DNA of 64,000 nt, taken from the NCBI GenBank assembly GCA_039586795.1, contig JBDHJS010000014.1, positions 1 to 64,000 on the forward strand. The letters run 5' to 3'. The notes below the pieces were generated by a model. It had not been told where the DNA came from. It did no database searches and saw only the letters and a program-made list of their open reading frames with translations. Made by a program: the position numbers and the translations under genes. Shown here in pieces: positions 1-9,799 of this stretch. Source of the stretch: Gemmatimonadota bacterium (lineage in GTDB: Bacteria; Gemmatimonadota; Gemmatimonadetes; Palauibacterales; KS3-K002). Numbering within the stretch: position 1 is the stretch's first letter; each line of letters begins with the position of its first letter.

Positions 1-2
1 CG

Positions 3-176
3 CCATTCACCGTAGACGAGATCACGGCGATGGCCGCCCGGCTCATGACCGGCGAGTACAGCGATTGGATCATGCAACTGAAAGACGACCTTGGCCCGAT
101 CGCCGACGAGACGGCGATCCTAGGCGCCTTCGCGGCTGGATATCTGGCAGCGATGGCTGATATGGAGAAAGACTAG
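3..176 (+). CDS. Hypothetical protein, 3' fragment (truncated by window start)
   Basis: Open frame PFTVDEITAM...AMADMEKD* ending TAG at 174-176, 3 nt before the next ATG (180); read by hand. Confidence 0.6.
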   Translation, partial: PFTVDEITAMAARLMTGEYSDWIMQLKDDLGPIADETAILGAFAAGYLAAMADMEKD

Positions 177-179
177 AGT

Positions 180-870
180 ATGCCGCAGCCGCAACCTACG
201 GGCGAAGATCGCTTCGTACAGTCGACCTTTGAGCTGGCCGCCTGGGCCCAGCGCAACACGCGCACGCTGATCCTTGGGGTCGCGGCGCTCGTCATCGTTG
301 GATTCAGCGTCAAATACTACCTCGATCGAAGAGGCCGCGTCGAGCGAACTTCGCGCGATTCGCTTCGAGACCGCTAGCGTTGATCCTTCGGCGGCGGTCG
401 ACCGCCTCAGAGCCTTCATCGTGCGTTACGAGGGCAGCAGCTACGCCCGCGAAGGACGGGTGCTCCTCGCGTATTCGCTGCTGAACTCGAACCGCGCCTC
501 CGAGGCGATACAGCCCGCGCAACAAGCCATCACAGACCTGGACGACGACATCATCTCTCTGCGCGGAGCGTTCCTGCTCGCCGCCGCCCACGAAGAGGTG
601 GGTGACACGGCGGCAGCCATCTCCGTCTACCAGGACATCGGCAACGCCGTCGAGTTGCGCATCGAGAAGAGCCGGGCGCTGCAGAGCGCCGCGCGCCTGC
701 TGGCGGCTTCCGGAAACCACCTGGGCGCCGCCGAGCTGTACGAACAGCTGGCCGAGTACACGCCGGAAGAGGCGCCTGCGCGAGGGTTCTTCATCATGCG
801 GGCGGCGGAGATGCGGGCGCAGAACCTGGTGACGTCCCGGGCGCCGGCTGAGGATCCGGAGGGGAGTTAG
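180..870 (+). pseudogene. Membrane-anchored TPR-like protein (YfgM-like), split by a frameshift near 324-328
   Basis: ORF 180-377 gives the N-terminus and a TM helix (TLILGVAALVIVGFSVKYYLD); ORF 274-870 gives helical TPR-like repeats (EEAASSEL...AAELYEQL); the two join with a +1 shift. Confidence 0.65.
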
Positions 871-898
871 GGAATCGGCGTGGAGCGAGGTTCGGGGA

Positions 899-931
899 CT
901 TAATGATTTACTGGGCTAGATAGTCATTGAG
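899..931 (+). terminator. Imperfect hairpin between convergent genes, adjacent to dif
   Basis: CTTAATGATT...AGTCATTGAG stem with G-U pairs on +; no clear U-tract. Confidence 0.35.
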
Positions 932-957
932 GGCGCATAATGCATATTATGTAACCT
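930..957. other. dif: dif site (XerC/XerD chromosome dimer resolution site)
   Basis: AGGGCGCATAA-TGCATA-TTATGTAACCT matches E. coli dif GGTGCGCATAA-TGTATA-TTATGTTAAAT at 22/28; intergenic, AT-rich, at the gene-orientation switch. Confidence 0.9.
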
Positions 958-974
958 TGCTCTTCTCCTCCTTT

Positions 975-1718
975 CTACCCTCGCTCTCTTTCCTTGCGCG
1001 CCACGGCTAACAACGACTGCCCACGCGGAGGCGGCACCAATCGCTCGAGGCGCGACAAGATCGGGACGAGCAGATCAAACGCCCGGACCTGAAACGCGGG
1101 CAGCACCTGACGCTTTACCACGCGACTATAGAACCACCAGCCGAACATCCCGACGAAATTGCAGTACTTCATCTCTTCCACCTCGAGGCCCGCCCGCTCG
1201 AGCTTCTCTCGCAGCTCCGGCGCCGAGTAGCGACGGAAATGGCTCAGCGCTTTGTCCAATGAGCCGTGGATCGCGTGGACGGCAGGTACGAAAATGACGA
1301 TGCGGCCCCCCGGTGTGAGGATCTTCGCCAGGTTGTCGAGTGACTCCTGGTCCTCTTCTACGTGCTCCAGGATGTTCAGCAGCACGGCAGTGTCGAGGCG
1401 CTCAGCCTTCCAGCTCTCTTCGTCGAGCTTGGGCAGCTTGAGCGAGCGGACGGCAACGCTCTCCTCGTTCTCCATCCGCTGCTCCAGAACCGCCAGGTAC
1501 GCGGGGTCGGGATCGGTAGCGACGACGTACTCTCTGGGTAGCAGGAACGGCGTCATGTTGGCGATCCCGGCGCCGACCTCGAGGACCCTGTTCCCCAGGT
1601 GCGGCTGGATGAGCTCCGCGACCCAACGGTTGTACCGCGGCGCGTGGCTCATGATCTGGAGAGTCTCTTCTCCGACCGGATCGCTGGCCACGGTTTGAGG
1701 TGTCAGCGGCTGACTCAA
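975..1718 (-). CDS. Class I SAM-dependent methyltransferase (type often fused to or linked with GT2 enzymes)
   Basis: VLEVGAGIAN SAM motif, LNILEHVEED, LTPGGRIVIFVPA, HFRRY. Confidence 0.85.
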   Translation of the reverse strand: MSQPLTPQTVASDPVGEETLQIMSHAPRYNRWVAELIQPHLGNRVLEVGAGIANMTPFLLPREYVVATDPDPAYLAVLEQRMENEESVAVRSLKLPKLDEESWKAERLDTAVLLNILEHVEEDQESLDNLAKILTPGGRIVIFVPAVHAIHGSLDKALSHFRRYSAPELREKLERAGLEVEEMKYCNFVGMFGWWFYSRVVKRQVLPAFQVRAFDLLVPILSRLERLVPPPRGQSLLAVARKERERG

Positions 1719-3286
1719 CGACCACCTCCGGGCCGATAGGTCAGCAGAAACGTGGGCGGGTCCCCCTCTTGATGGGCGAGGCCAAACAGTTGCGTGTTCG
1801 CCTGAATAGCGGGTACCAGAAACCGATACGTGGTGGCGCTCCAGCGGTCAACGACGACGTAGCTAGCGCCCTGGTTGTTCATGAAGTTCAATATCGAGTC
1901 CGGATTGGTGGAGTACGGGTAGTTGTCGCCCCGGCGCCGTGCGTACCAATAGAAGATCTGAGGCTTTCGGTTGATGACCACCGAGCCAGTCGGCGTTCCC
2001 TGGCTGGCCCAACTCGCCACGTTGATGAAGTCGGTCGCCGGGACCGGATAGCACGCGAATCGATCACCGCGCCAGTACTGCCGCGTGCAGTCCACCGCGC
2101 TGCTCATGATCCGCACATTCCCGAATGCCGCAACAGCAACCAGGGCGACGGCGGCGACGAAGGTCGCCAGCGCTGTCCGTTGGTCCGTCTTCGCGACCAG
2201 ACGAGCGAGCCATGCCAGCCCTTCCAGCATTAGCAGGATGGCTACAGGTAGGACCGGCAGCAGCAGGCGCTGGTCACCCCACGCCTCGGGCCACAGCAAG
2301 ATCAGACCCATGTAGAAGATGAAATACAGCTCGACGACGCGCGGTCGCTTGATGTTCCTGAAGGCTGCAATGATGATCGGCACGGCGAGGACGACCCCGT
2401 ACAGGCCTGCGACGCTGCCAGTCACGTCCCGCCCGGCCACCGACTGCGGGAGAATCGCGAGGGTGTAGCGCTTGAAGTTGAACCAAAACCGCGCCACCAT
2501 CTCGCCCGTTGTTACAGTGCCGAGCTCGGGGTTGTACGGATCGCGGAACATGATCCACTGGCTATAAGGCAGATCCCCCGAGACCGCCATCTTGTTGCGG
2601 AGCCACCAGGCGCCGAGCGCGATGACCACAACTCCAAAGAAGATCGCGCACTGCTTCCAGCGACGCCGTACCGCGAACGCTATGACCACCGCCAGAATCA
2701 ACGGGTAGCCGGCGCTTCGCGTCAGGCTGGCAAGGATCACCGCCACCGTTCCGATGGCCAGCGTCTTGGGGTTCTTCCCATCACCGTCTCTGGTGAAGGC
2801 GAAGAGCGCCATCATCGATAGGAACGTGAAGAGCGGCTCCGAAAGAACCCAGTGGCTGTACTCGACGACGATCGGAGCGGCACCGACCAGCAGACCTGCC
2901 ATCACGGCCAACTGGCGGTCCCCAGTTCGCTCGTTGGCCAACAGGAATGCCAGCGCTGCGATGCCCGTGGTACAAGCCGCCGAGAAAAGCTTGAACAGAA
3001 GCGGCGCGTTGGCTACGAAGCCCAGGAGGGCCAGCGCCGCGGGATAGACCGGAGGATACCGGGTGTGAGGCGGCATGGCTGGCAACCACAGATCGCGGTA
3101 GCCGTCTCCACTCCGCAGGCTCTCGCCCAGCAGCATGTACCAGTAGTTATCCCCGCCCAGAAAGGGCTTGGGATCGAACAACAGAAAGGCCAAAAGCAGA
3201 TGCACGCCGCACACCCAATAAAGGGGGTGAGCGGTGGGTCCCAACCTGGCCAGCAGCCCGTCTGCAGTCGACGGCGCCGCCGGCAT
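1715..3286 (-). CDS. GT-C fold membrane glycosyltransferase (ArnT/PMT-like)
   Basis: Multi-TM 523 aa; GGDN..Y loop after TM1, YPPVYP, SEPLF; paralog of 9800-11407. Confidence 0.7.
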   Translation of the reverse strand: MPAAPSTADGLLARLGPTAHPLYWVCGVHLLLAFLLFDPKPFLGGDNYWYMLLGESLRSGDGYRDLWLPAMPPHTRYPPVYPAALALLGFVANAPLLFKLFSAACTTGIAALAFLLANERTGDRQLAVMAGLLVGAAPIVVEYSHWVLSEPLFTFLSMMALFAFTRDGDGKNPKTLAIGTVAVILASLTRSAGYPLILAVVIAFAVRRRWKQCAIFFGVVVIALGAWWLRNKMAVSGDLPYSQWIMFRDPYNPELGTVTTGEMVARFWFNFKRYTLAILPQSVAGRDVTGSVAGLYGVVLAVPIIIAAFRNIKRPRVVELYFIFYMGLILLWPEAWGDQRLLLPVLPVAILLMLEGLAWLARLVAKTDQRTALATFVAAVALVAVAAFGNVRIMSSAVDCTRQYWRGDRFACYPVPATDFINVASWASQGTPTGSVVINRKPQIFYWYARRRGDNYPYSTNPDSILNFMNNQGASYVVVDRWSATTYRFLVPAIQANTQLFGLAHQEGDPPTFLLTYRPGGGR

Positions 3287-3420
3287 CAGGCGTCACCTTG
3301 CTTGGAATGAATCTTAGCCATCGAGCCGTAACGGCCTGTCACACAGAAGATTAAGGGCTCCATTGTGAAGCCCTAAATTAAACGATCGTCGGCCGGCGGC
3401 CAGCCCCGCCAGAACACCGT

Positions 3421-4149
3421 CTATATTCTCCGGAAAACCCTCAACAACCTGAGCCACCACACCTTCCAGACCGCCTCCCGAATGATCTTCCCGCTCATCT
3501 TGCTGCTGCCTTCGGTGCGATCGCTGAAGACGATGGTGATTTCGCCGACCTTGAAGCCTTTTCGCCAGGCCCGGAACGACGTCTCGATTTGGAACGAGTA
3601 GCCCTCCGAGGTGATGTGGTCCAGGTCGATCCCCTCCAGCACTTTACGGCGATAGCACTTGAATCCGCCGGTCGTATCCGTGAACGGTAGACCGGTCACG
3701 ATGCGGGCGTACTTGTTCGCGAAATAGCTGAGTAGCAGCCGCGACATCGGCCAGTTGATGACCGTCACGCCGCGCAAGTAGCGCGACCCGAGCACCAGGT
3801 CGTACTCGTCGGCCGCTTCCAGAAACTCGGGGATGTGGTCGGGATTATGAGAAAAGTCCGAGTCCATCTCGAAGATGTATTCGTAGTCTCGCTCTAACGC
3901 CCACTTGAACCCCGCGATGTAAGCCGTCCCGAGACCCAACTTCCCTTCTCGATGCAGCACGTGGATTCGCTCGTCCTCCGTCGCCATATGGTCCGCCATA
4001 TCGCCCGTGCCGTCGGGCGAGTTGTCATCGACGACAAGCACTTCTATGCCGTGCTGCTGCGACAAGACCTGCGGCACGATGACCGGGAGGTTCTCTATCT
4101 CGTTGTACGTCGGCATCACGACGAGCACGCGCTTGTAGTTAACAGCCAT
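3421..4149 (-). CDS. Polyprenol-phosphate mannose synthase-like GT2 (Ppm1/Dpm1)
   Basis: MPTYNEIENL, VDDNSPDGTG, KLGLGTAY, EMDSDFSH, GSRY, GYSFQIE. Confidence 0.9.
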   Translation of the reverse strand: MAVNYKRVLVVMPTYNEIENLPVIVPQVLSQQHGIEVLVVDDNSPDGTGDMADHMATEDERIHVLHREGKLGLGTAYIAGFKWALERDYEYIFEMDSDFSHNPDHIPEFLEAADEYDLVLGSRYLRGVTVINWPMSRLLLSYFANKYARIVTGLPFTDTTGGFKCYRRKVLEGIDLDHITSEGYSFQIETSFRAWRKGFKVGEITIVFSDRTEGSSKMSGKIIREAVWKVWWLRLLRVFRRI

Positions 4150-5110
4150 TTTCCTCCATCGCTATGTCCTTGCGAGACCGATTCAGCAGGTTCCTCGAGC
4201 CCGCCCACACGACCGGTAGCAACTCGCAGAGCGTATTCCAGATCCGAGCGACGATCGCCAGCACCGTGGCCGGCGTGGCGCCCAGCGTTGGCGCCAACAG
4301 TACCGCCAGCGCACCCTCCCGAATCCCGATCCCCGCCGGGGCGAAGACGGCCGCATAGCCCAGGAAGTAAGCTCCCGCGAAACTACCGATCGCCAGCGCC
4401 CACGCAACGGGCGGCAGATGCGGAAAGGCCGACCACAGCAGACCGAACGCGAGCCCATACCCGAGCCACATCGGGAAGTAGAGGAAGAGCCAACGGAGGC
4501 CGAACCACGGATCGATCTCTGGCCGCGCGCATTCGGTACGCGTCAGCCGAAACGCGAGGTCCAACGCGAAGCGGACGAGAGCCGGAACCGTGACGGCCAC
4601 GCCGATCAGCGCAGCCATGCCGATGGCGAAGGGAGCCAGGTCGCGACCTATCCCGGCCGCTCCCGAGAGCCCGATCCCGACCAGTGCCACGATCACTGCC
4701 GCGCCCAGAGAATATATCTGGCCGAGAATCGCCGCCGACGAGGCCACGACGCCGTTGACGCCTTGCTTTCCTGCCAGATAGGCGAGCCCGGCCAACTGCC
4801 AGACCTTGCCGGGTATGTAGCGGCCGAGGTTGGCCAGAAAGAAGATCTCCACGGCGGTCACCAACTTCAAACGCGGTCCACCCAGGGCTCTTATCATCGC
4901 CGCCCATAGCGACGATGAGTAGGCGAAGACGGAGAGCATGATCGCGACCGAAAAAACGACCGGCAGTAGTCGAGGGCGCCAACCGGATAATTCTTGCTGA
5001 CCGAGCTGACCCCACGAAACATGAAGTGATCGAAAGAGGAAGTAGGTGACCGCCAACGTGAGAACGACTCGTGCGGTCCGCCCCATCCAGCGACGAAGGT
5101 GGTCGTTCAC
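4139..5110 (-). CDS. Lysylphosphatidylglycerol-synthase TM / flippase-like membrane protein (UPF0104 type)
   Basis: Multi-TM; NLGRYIPGKVW and APAGIGIREG motifs. Confidence 0.75.
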   Translation of the reverse strand: MNDHLRRWMGRTARVVLTLAVTYFLFRSLHVSWGQLGQQELSGWRPRLLPVVFSVAIMLSVFAYSSSLWAAMIRALGGPRLKLVTAVEIFFLANLGRYIPGKVWQLAGLAYLAGKQGVNGVVASSAAILGQIYSLGAAVIVALVGIGLSGAAGIGRDLAPFAIGMAALIGVAVTVPALVRFALDLAFRLTRTECARPEIDPWFGLRWLFLYFPMWLGYGLAFGLLWSAFPHLPPVAWALAIGSFAGAYFLGYAAVFAPAGIGIREGALAVLLAPTLGATPATVLAIVARIWNTLCELLPVVWAGSRNLLNRSRKDIAMEENGC

Positions 5111-5111
5111 T

Positions 5112-7559
5112 CTACGCGCCTACCGGCTCTTGTTCAGAGACAACCAAGCCCCGACGTTGCTGAACGAGCGACGCCCCGATGATGCCGAGCACGAGGAGCG
5201 TCGACAGCAGCGTCGTCCAGACGGCCGCCCGGTAAAGTCCAGAGCGATAGTAGAACCGGACCTGGTGCGTCCCGCCGGGCACCGCCACGGCTCGAAGCGT
5301 ATGATCTGCGCGCAGCAGTTGCACCGCTTGCCCATCGATCTCGACGTTCCATGACGGATAGTAGTTGTCGGAGACCACCAACAACGCCGGACCGCTAGTC
5401 TGCACCTCGAGCAGCTGCTCGTTAACGCCCCGCTCCAGCCAGCGGACCGAGCCCGGCGCATCCTCCAGCGGGGCCGGTTCGGGCGCTGTCTCGAGCACGG
5501 CGCTGATGGCCGGGTTGAAATCCGGGCTGAGAATCCGCTGTAGAGTCAGCGAGTCCGGAGCCGTCTCGAACGATCGCACCAGAAAGGCTCGCGGAAAGAC
5601 GCCGATCAGCTCATAGACCATGGCGCGGCGGCCGCGAAACGCTTCCACCAGTCCCGGCGCCTGGATCGGCGCAGGGCTGACCAGGTAGCGCACGTTCAGG
5701 AGGCTCAGGATCCGAACCGCCTGCTGCGCGTTTCGCTGCAGATCCACCAGCTCCGTGTAGCGCCCCAGCTCATTGCCGTGGTGACCTGTCAGCTCTTCCA
5801 GGCCATAGAACGCGAACTGGTTATGCGGCAGCGTCTGCCCCGCGGCGACCGAGAACACGCGGAACGGCTGGTCAGTCGCTTGTTGTTGGCGTAGCAGGAA
5901 GTCCGTTACGTCGTCCCGGCTGTAGAGTTCGGTGGTATCGACGACCTGAATGTACTGCGGATCAACCCTTAGAGGATCCAAGAACGCCAGGATCGCTATC
6001 AGGACGATCCACGCAGACCGCGCTATCGACCCACGGCTGTACAAGTGCCAGGCGCCGGCAACCAGGCCGCATAGCAGGAAGGTGATCCACATCCCCCGTT
6101 GTATGTTCGCCAGATTCGCTTCCAGTGCGGTCGCTTTAGCCGGTGAAAAGTCTCGATAAAGAAGCGAGACCCAAAGATCCGTGAGCACGCCTGCGCTGGC
6201 CAGGAGCGCGAGTAGTAAGAAGACTCCCGTCGCTCCCCACAGATACAGAGAGGCTTTGCGTGCCTTCTCCTCGCGCTCGCTCTTGTCTTCCGCCTCCTCC
6301 ATCCCATCCAGACCCAATGCCGCGGCCGTGATCACGCAGATCGCGAAGATGAACATGATGCTGCTCGGTGCTCGGAACAGCTTGGCCCCCGGAACCAGGT
6401 AATAGAACAGATAGAAGAGCGGTGTCGTCGCCCCAAGCGCGTAGATCAGGCTTGCCGCGGCCAAACCCGTGAACAACCAGGCCTCTCCACGACGCCGGCG
6501 GCTGAAGAAGGCGAACGGCAGCAAGAGCAGTGGAATGAAACCGCCGTATTCGTGGTTGAGCTTGAAGACGTTGCGGCCCCAGTACGTGTTCGTCGCGCGA
6601 TCGGGGATGCCGGTCGCGCCGACGAACTCAGGAACCACCAGCGCGAACGCCTCCTCGGGATGCAACGACCACGACGTCGCTCGGGCGTAGGCCGATTCCT
6701 CCTCGGCCTCGATCGTCTTCGCCACCCGCTGAGAGTGCTTGGTCAAATATTGCAGCGGCGTCCACAGCTGAACCGCGCCGATGAGCATCGCCCCTACAAT
6801 ACCGGCGACGGCGAAGCCGGCGAATCTCGATGCGAGGGTGACGCCGGAGCTGCCCGCGCGACGCAGCTCGACGATTCGGTAGACGGCCAGGACGAACATC
6901 GCCCAGGTCACGTAGTACCCGAGCTGCATGTGCGCCGTGAAAATCAGCAGCGAGACGACAATTGCCAGCGTTGCGAAGCGCAACAGTCCGCCGCGGGTCA
7001 CCGCCCAGTCCGTCGCCCACAGCGCGAGGGGCGTGAGCGCTGAAACGAACAACTTGCCGTCGTGGCCAGGGTAGATCAGAGTGACCAGCACCGGCGCCAG
7101 CATGTAGGCGATGCCGCCCCAGGTGGCGACGGACCGGCTGATCTTTAGGTGCCGCAGCCAGACATAGGTGAAGACGCCCGCCAGGAAGACGTGGAGCACC
7201 AGCTTCCATCCCATAGCACGGTGCGTCTCCATGACGAACTTGAGCACCGTCGTCGGATAGAAGATGTCGCCGTGCATTGCGTCGACGAACGGCACACCGC
7301 CAAACACGTAGGGATCCCACTGCGGGAAGACGCCCTGCCCCACCATCTCGGCGTAGAAATAGCGAGCGAAGTAGCCCAGCGCCGCCACATCGGTGCCGAA
7401 CAGCAGCCCCTTCGTGATGATGAACTCGCGGAAGAGAAACGCTGCGGCGAGGCCGAAAGCGACGTACGGCGCCCAACGAGGTAACCAGGAATCGCTGATC
7501 GCGGCCGTCGGTTTTTCCGTCGCCGTATCGTTACCGTGCTTTGTTTGCTTTCGCTTCAT
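5112..7559 (-). CDS. YfhO-family membrane protein (putative GT-C glycosyltransferase)
   Basis: 815 aa multi-TM; PQWDPYVFGGVPF, FRAPS, C-terminal LVVSDNYYPSW...VPGGTHQVRFYY. Confidence 0.8.
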   Translation of the reverse strand: MKRKQTKHGNDTATEKPTAAISDSWLPRWAPYVAFGLAAAFLFREFIITKGLLFGTDVAALGYFARYFYAEMVGQGVFPQWDPYVFGGVPFVDAMHGDIFYPTTVLKFVMETHRAMGWKLVLHVFLAGVFTYVWLRHLKISRSVATWGGIAYMLAPVLVTLIYPGHDGKLFVSALTPLALWATDWAVTRGGLLRFATLAIVVSLLIFTAHMQLGYYVTWAMFVLAVYRIVELRRAGSSGVTLASRFAGFAVAGIVGAMLIGAVQLWTPLQYLTKHSQRVAKTIEAEEESAYARATSWSLHPEEAFALVVPEFVGATGIPDRATNTYWGRNVFKLNHEYGGFIPLLLLPFAFFSRRRRGEAWLFTGLAAASLIYALGATTPLFYLFYYLVPGAKLFRAPSSIMFIFAICVITAAALGLDGMEEAEDKSEREEKARKASLYLWGATGVFLLLALLASAGVLTDLWVSLLYRDFSPAKATALEANLANIQRGMWITFLLCGLVAGAWHLYSRGSIARSAWIVLIAILAFLDPLRVDPQYIQVVDTTELYSRDDVTDFLLRQQQATDQPFRVFSVAAGQTLPHNQFAFYGLEELTGHHGNELGRYTELVDLQRNAQQAVRILSLLNVRYLVSPAPIQAPGLVEAFRGRRAMVYELIGVFPRAFLVRSFETAPDSLTLQRILSPDFNPAISAVLETAPEPAPLEDAPGSVRWLERGVNEQLLEVQTSGPALLVVSDNYYPSWNVEIDGQAVQLLRADHTLRAVAVPGGTHQVRFYYRSGLYRAAVWTTLLSTLLVLGIIGASLVQQRRGLVVSEQEPVGA

Positions 7560-8655
7560 CGAGCAGCTCGTTGTAGATCTCCAGATGGCGATCGACCATC
7601 CGATTCAGACTCCAGTTCGCAACCACGCGACGCCGGCCCTCTGCACCCAGTTCCTTCAGGTCTGGCATCTTGAGCAACGCTATCACCTTCTCTGCCAACG
7701 CCGATGGGTTTCGCGCCTCGAACAGCGTGCCAACCTGATCGTCGATGATCTCCGGTAGGCCGCCCACCGCCGATGCGGCGACCGGCAGTCCGCACGACAT
7801 CGCCTCCAGCGCCGCGATCGAAGTGGCCTCCATCAAGGAAGGAATGATGGCGACCTCTGCAGCGCCCAACAGCCCCGGCATCTCGTCGTTGGCGCGGGCG
7901 CCCATGAACTCGACCCTGTCGGCCACGCCCAGTTCGCTGGCCAGCGCCACTAACCGGGCGCGTTCCGGACCGTCCCCCACAATCCGCGCCTCGGTGTCCA
8001 CCTCCTCCACGATCTGTGGCATGGCGCGCACAAAGTACTCGACTCCGTTCTTCAGAAACAGGCGTCGCGGCACGATCAGACGCCGGCGGCCGCTCGCCGC
8101 CGAGCCGTCGCCCGGGACGAAACGGTCGGTATCCACCGCGTTCGTCATCACTTCCGAGCGTGGGTGCGGATAGATATCGAGCGCCACCTGCCGTATCTCT
8201 TCGCTCGTCGCCAGTAGGTAGTCTGCTCCCTGGATGACGCGGCGGAAGATGCTCCGCCACCCCTTCTTTGGCGCCCGCATCAAGAAGTGTGAGGTATGCA
8301 GCGTCACCACGAGCGGAAGGCGATAGCGCTTCCGACTGTACAGCGCGGGGACGGCGCTGGCGAAGGTATGGGCGTGCAAGACATCCGCATCCCGGGCGAG
8401 CCGCAGGTTCGCCGGAACACTTGCAGCCGTGTGGGCGATCCAACCCGCCGGCGACTTGCCCGGCATCCAGACGCGGTGAACGTGAACGCCGTCCACCGTT
8501 TCTTCGGCGTTGAGTCCTTCCTTCGACCGGGACGTGAGCATGTGGACATCGTGGCCGGAGCGCGCCAAACCTTCACTCAAGCCCGCGGCATGGCTCTCCA
8601 GTCCGCCCACCTCGGGAGGATAGTAGAGGCACTGCAGAAGGATCTTCAGCGCCAA
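7531..8655 (-). CDS. GT4 family glycosyltransferase
   Basis: YPPEVGGLE, VGDGPER, EATSIAALEAMSCGLPV (EX7E). Confidence 0.9.
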   Translation of the reverse strand: MALKILLQCLYYPPEVGGLESHAAGLSEGLARSGHDVHMLTSRSKEGLNAEETVDGVHVHRVWMPGKSPAGWIAHTAASVPANLRLARDADVLHAHTFASAVPALYSRKRYRLPLVVTLHTSHFLMRAPKKGWRSIFRRVIQGADYLLATSEEIRQVALDIYPHPRSEVMTNAVDTDRFVPGDGSAASGRRRLIVPRRLFLKNGVEYFVRAMPQIVEEVDTEARIVGDGPERARLVALASELGVADRVEFMGARANDEMPGLLGAAEVAIIPSLMEATSIAALEAMSCGLPVAASAVGGLPEIIDDQVGTLFEARNPSALAEKVIALLKMPDLKELGAEGRRRVVANWSLNRMVDRHLEIYNELLDEAKANKAR

Positions 8656-9797
8656 TCCTCTGTCCTCCGGGGAACGCCAGCCAGCCTGTGTAGGAGTACG
8701 TCGGCGATTCGCGCACCCGCCCGGCCATCGCCGTAGGGATTCTCGACCGCGGCCATGCGCCGCCGCGCATCGTCATCCCCAAGCAATTCCCTACCCTGCG
8801 CGAGTATTTGCTCCCGAGAGGTCCCTACCAGGGCCGCAGCGCCGGCCTCGATCCCCTCCGGCCGTTCGGTTACCTCGCGCATCACGAGTACCGGAACGCC
8901 GAACGTCGGCGCTTCCTCCTGGATGCCGCCCGAGTCGGTAATCGTGATCCAGGATCGGGCCAGAGCACGAACGAGATCCGAATAGGAGAGCGGCTCCAAC
9001 AACCGGAAGTTCTCGATTCCGGAAAGAAGATCGTTCGCCGGCCCTCTAACGTTCGGGTTGGGATGCACCGGGTAGATGAACAGGTCCTGGGGGTACTCCT
9101 CGGCCAGCGTACGCAACGCGCCAAACGCTTCGCGTATCGGATCACCGAACGACTCGCGCCGGTGCGCCGTGATCAGCACCAATCGCCGTCCCGAATCCAC
9201 CAGCTCGCCGAGCTCAGCGTCATCAAACGGCCTCTCAGCCTGAGCGAGCGCCTGAACCGCGTCGATCACCGTGTTGCCCGTCACGTTGATCCTGTCGGCG
9301 GCCACGCCCTCGGCGATCAGGTTTTGCCGCGCTCCCACCGTCGGCGCGAAAAAGTGGTCCGTCACCACATCGGTGAGTCGTCGATAGATCTCCTCGGGGA
9401 ACGGTGCCCACTTGTTGTTGGACCGTAGGCCCGCCTCTACATGCGCTACCTGAGCGCGCTCGTAGAAAGCGGCGAGCGCGCCGAAGAACACGGTCGCCGT
9501 GTCGCCCTGTACGACCACCACATCCGGCTCGATGCGGTGCAGCAGTGGGCGGAGCGCGTCGAGGCAACCGATGCCGATATCGTACAGATCCTGATCGGGC
9601 TGCATGATTCGGAGGTTCTCGTCGACACGCATGTCCAGGCTGGCCAACGCATCATCGAGAAGATCATCGTGTTGACCCGTCGATACGATATGGAGGCGCA
9701 ATGACTCCTCGCGCTCGCGAAGCGCTCGGGCGACCGGGGCCAGCTTGATAGCCTCCGGGCGCGTCCCGATCAGGACGAGCACGCTCGGTTCGCCCAC
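8646..9797 (-). CDS. wecB: UDP-N-acetylglucosamine 2-epimerase (non-hydrolysing)
   Basis: GTRPEAIKLAP, QGDT, HVEAGLRS, PFPEE, TAHRRE, TDSGGIQEEAP. Confidence 0.95.
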   Translation of the reverse strand: MGEPSVLVLIGTRPEAIKLAPVARALREREESLRLHIVSTGQHDDLLDDALASLDMRVDENLRIMQPDQDLYDIGIGCLDALRPLLHRIEPDVVVVQGDTATVFFGALAAFYERAQVAHVEAGLRSNNKWAPFPEEIYRRLTDVVTDHFFAPTVGARQNLIAEGVAADRINVTGNTVIDAVQALAQAERPFDDAELGELVDSGRRLVLITAHRRESFGDPIREAFGALRTLAEEYPQDLFIYPVHPNPNVRGPANDLLSGIENFRLLEPLSYSDLVRALARSWITITDSGGIQEEAPTFGVPVLVMREVTERPEGIEAGAAALVGTSREQILAQGRELLGDDDARRRMAAVENPYGDGRAGARIADVLLHRLAGVPRRTEDWR

Positions 9798-9799
9798 GA

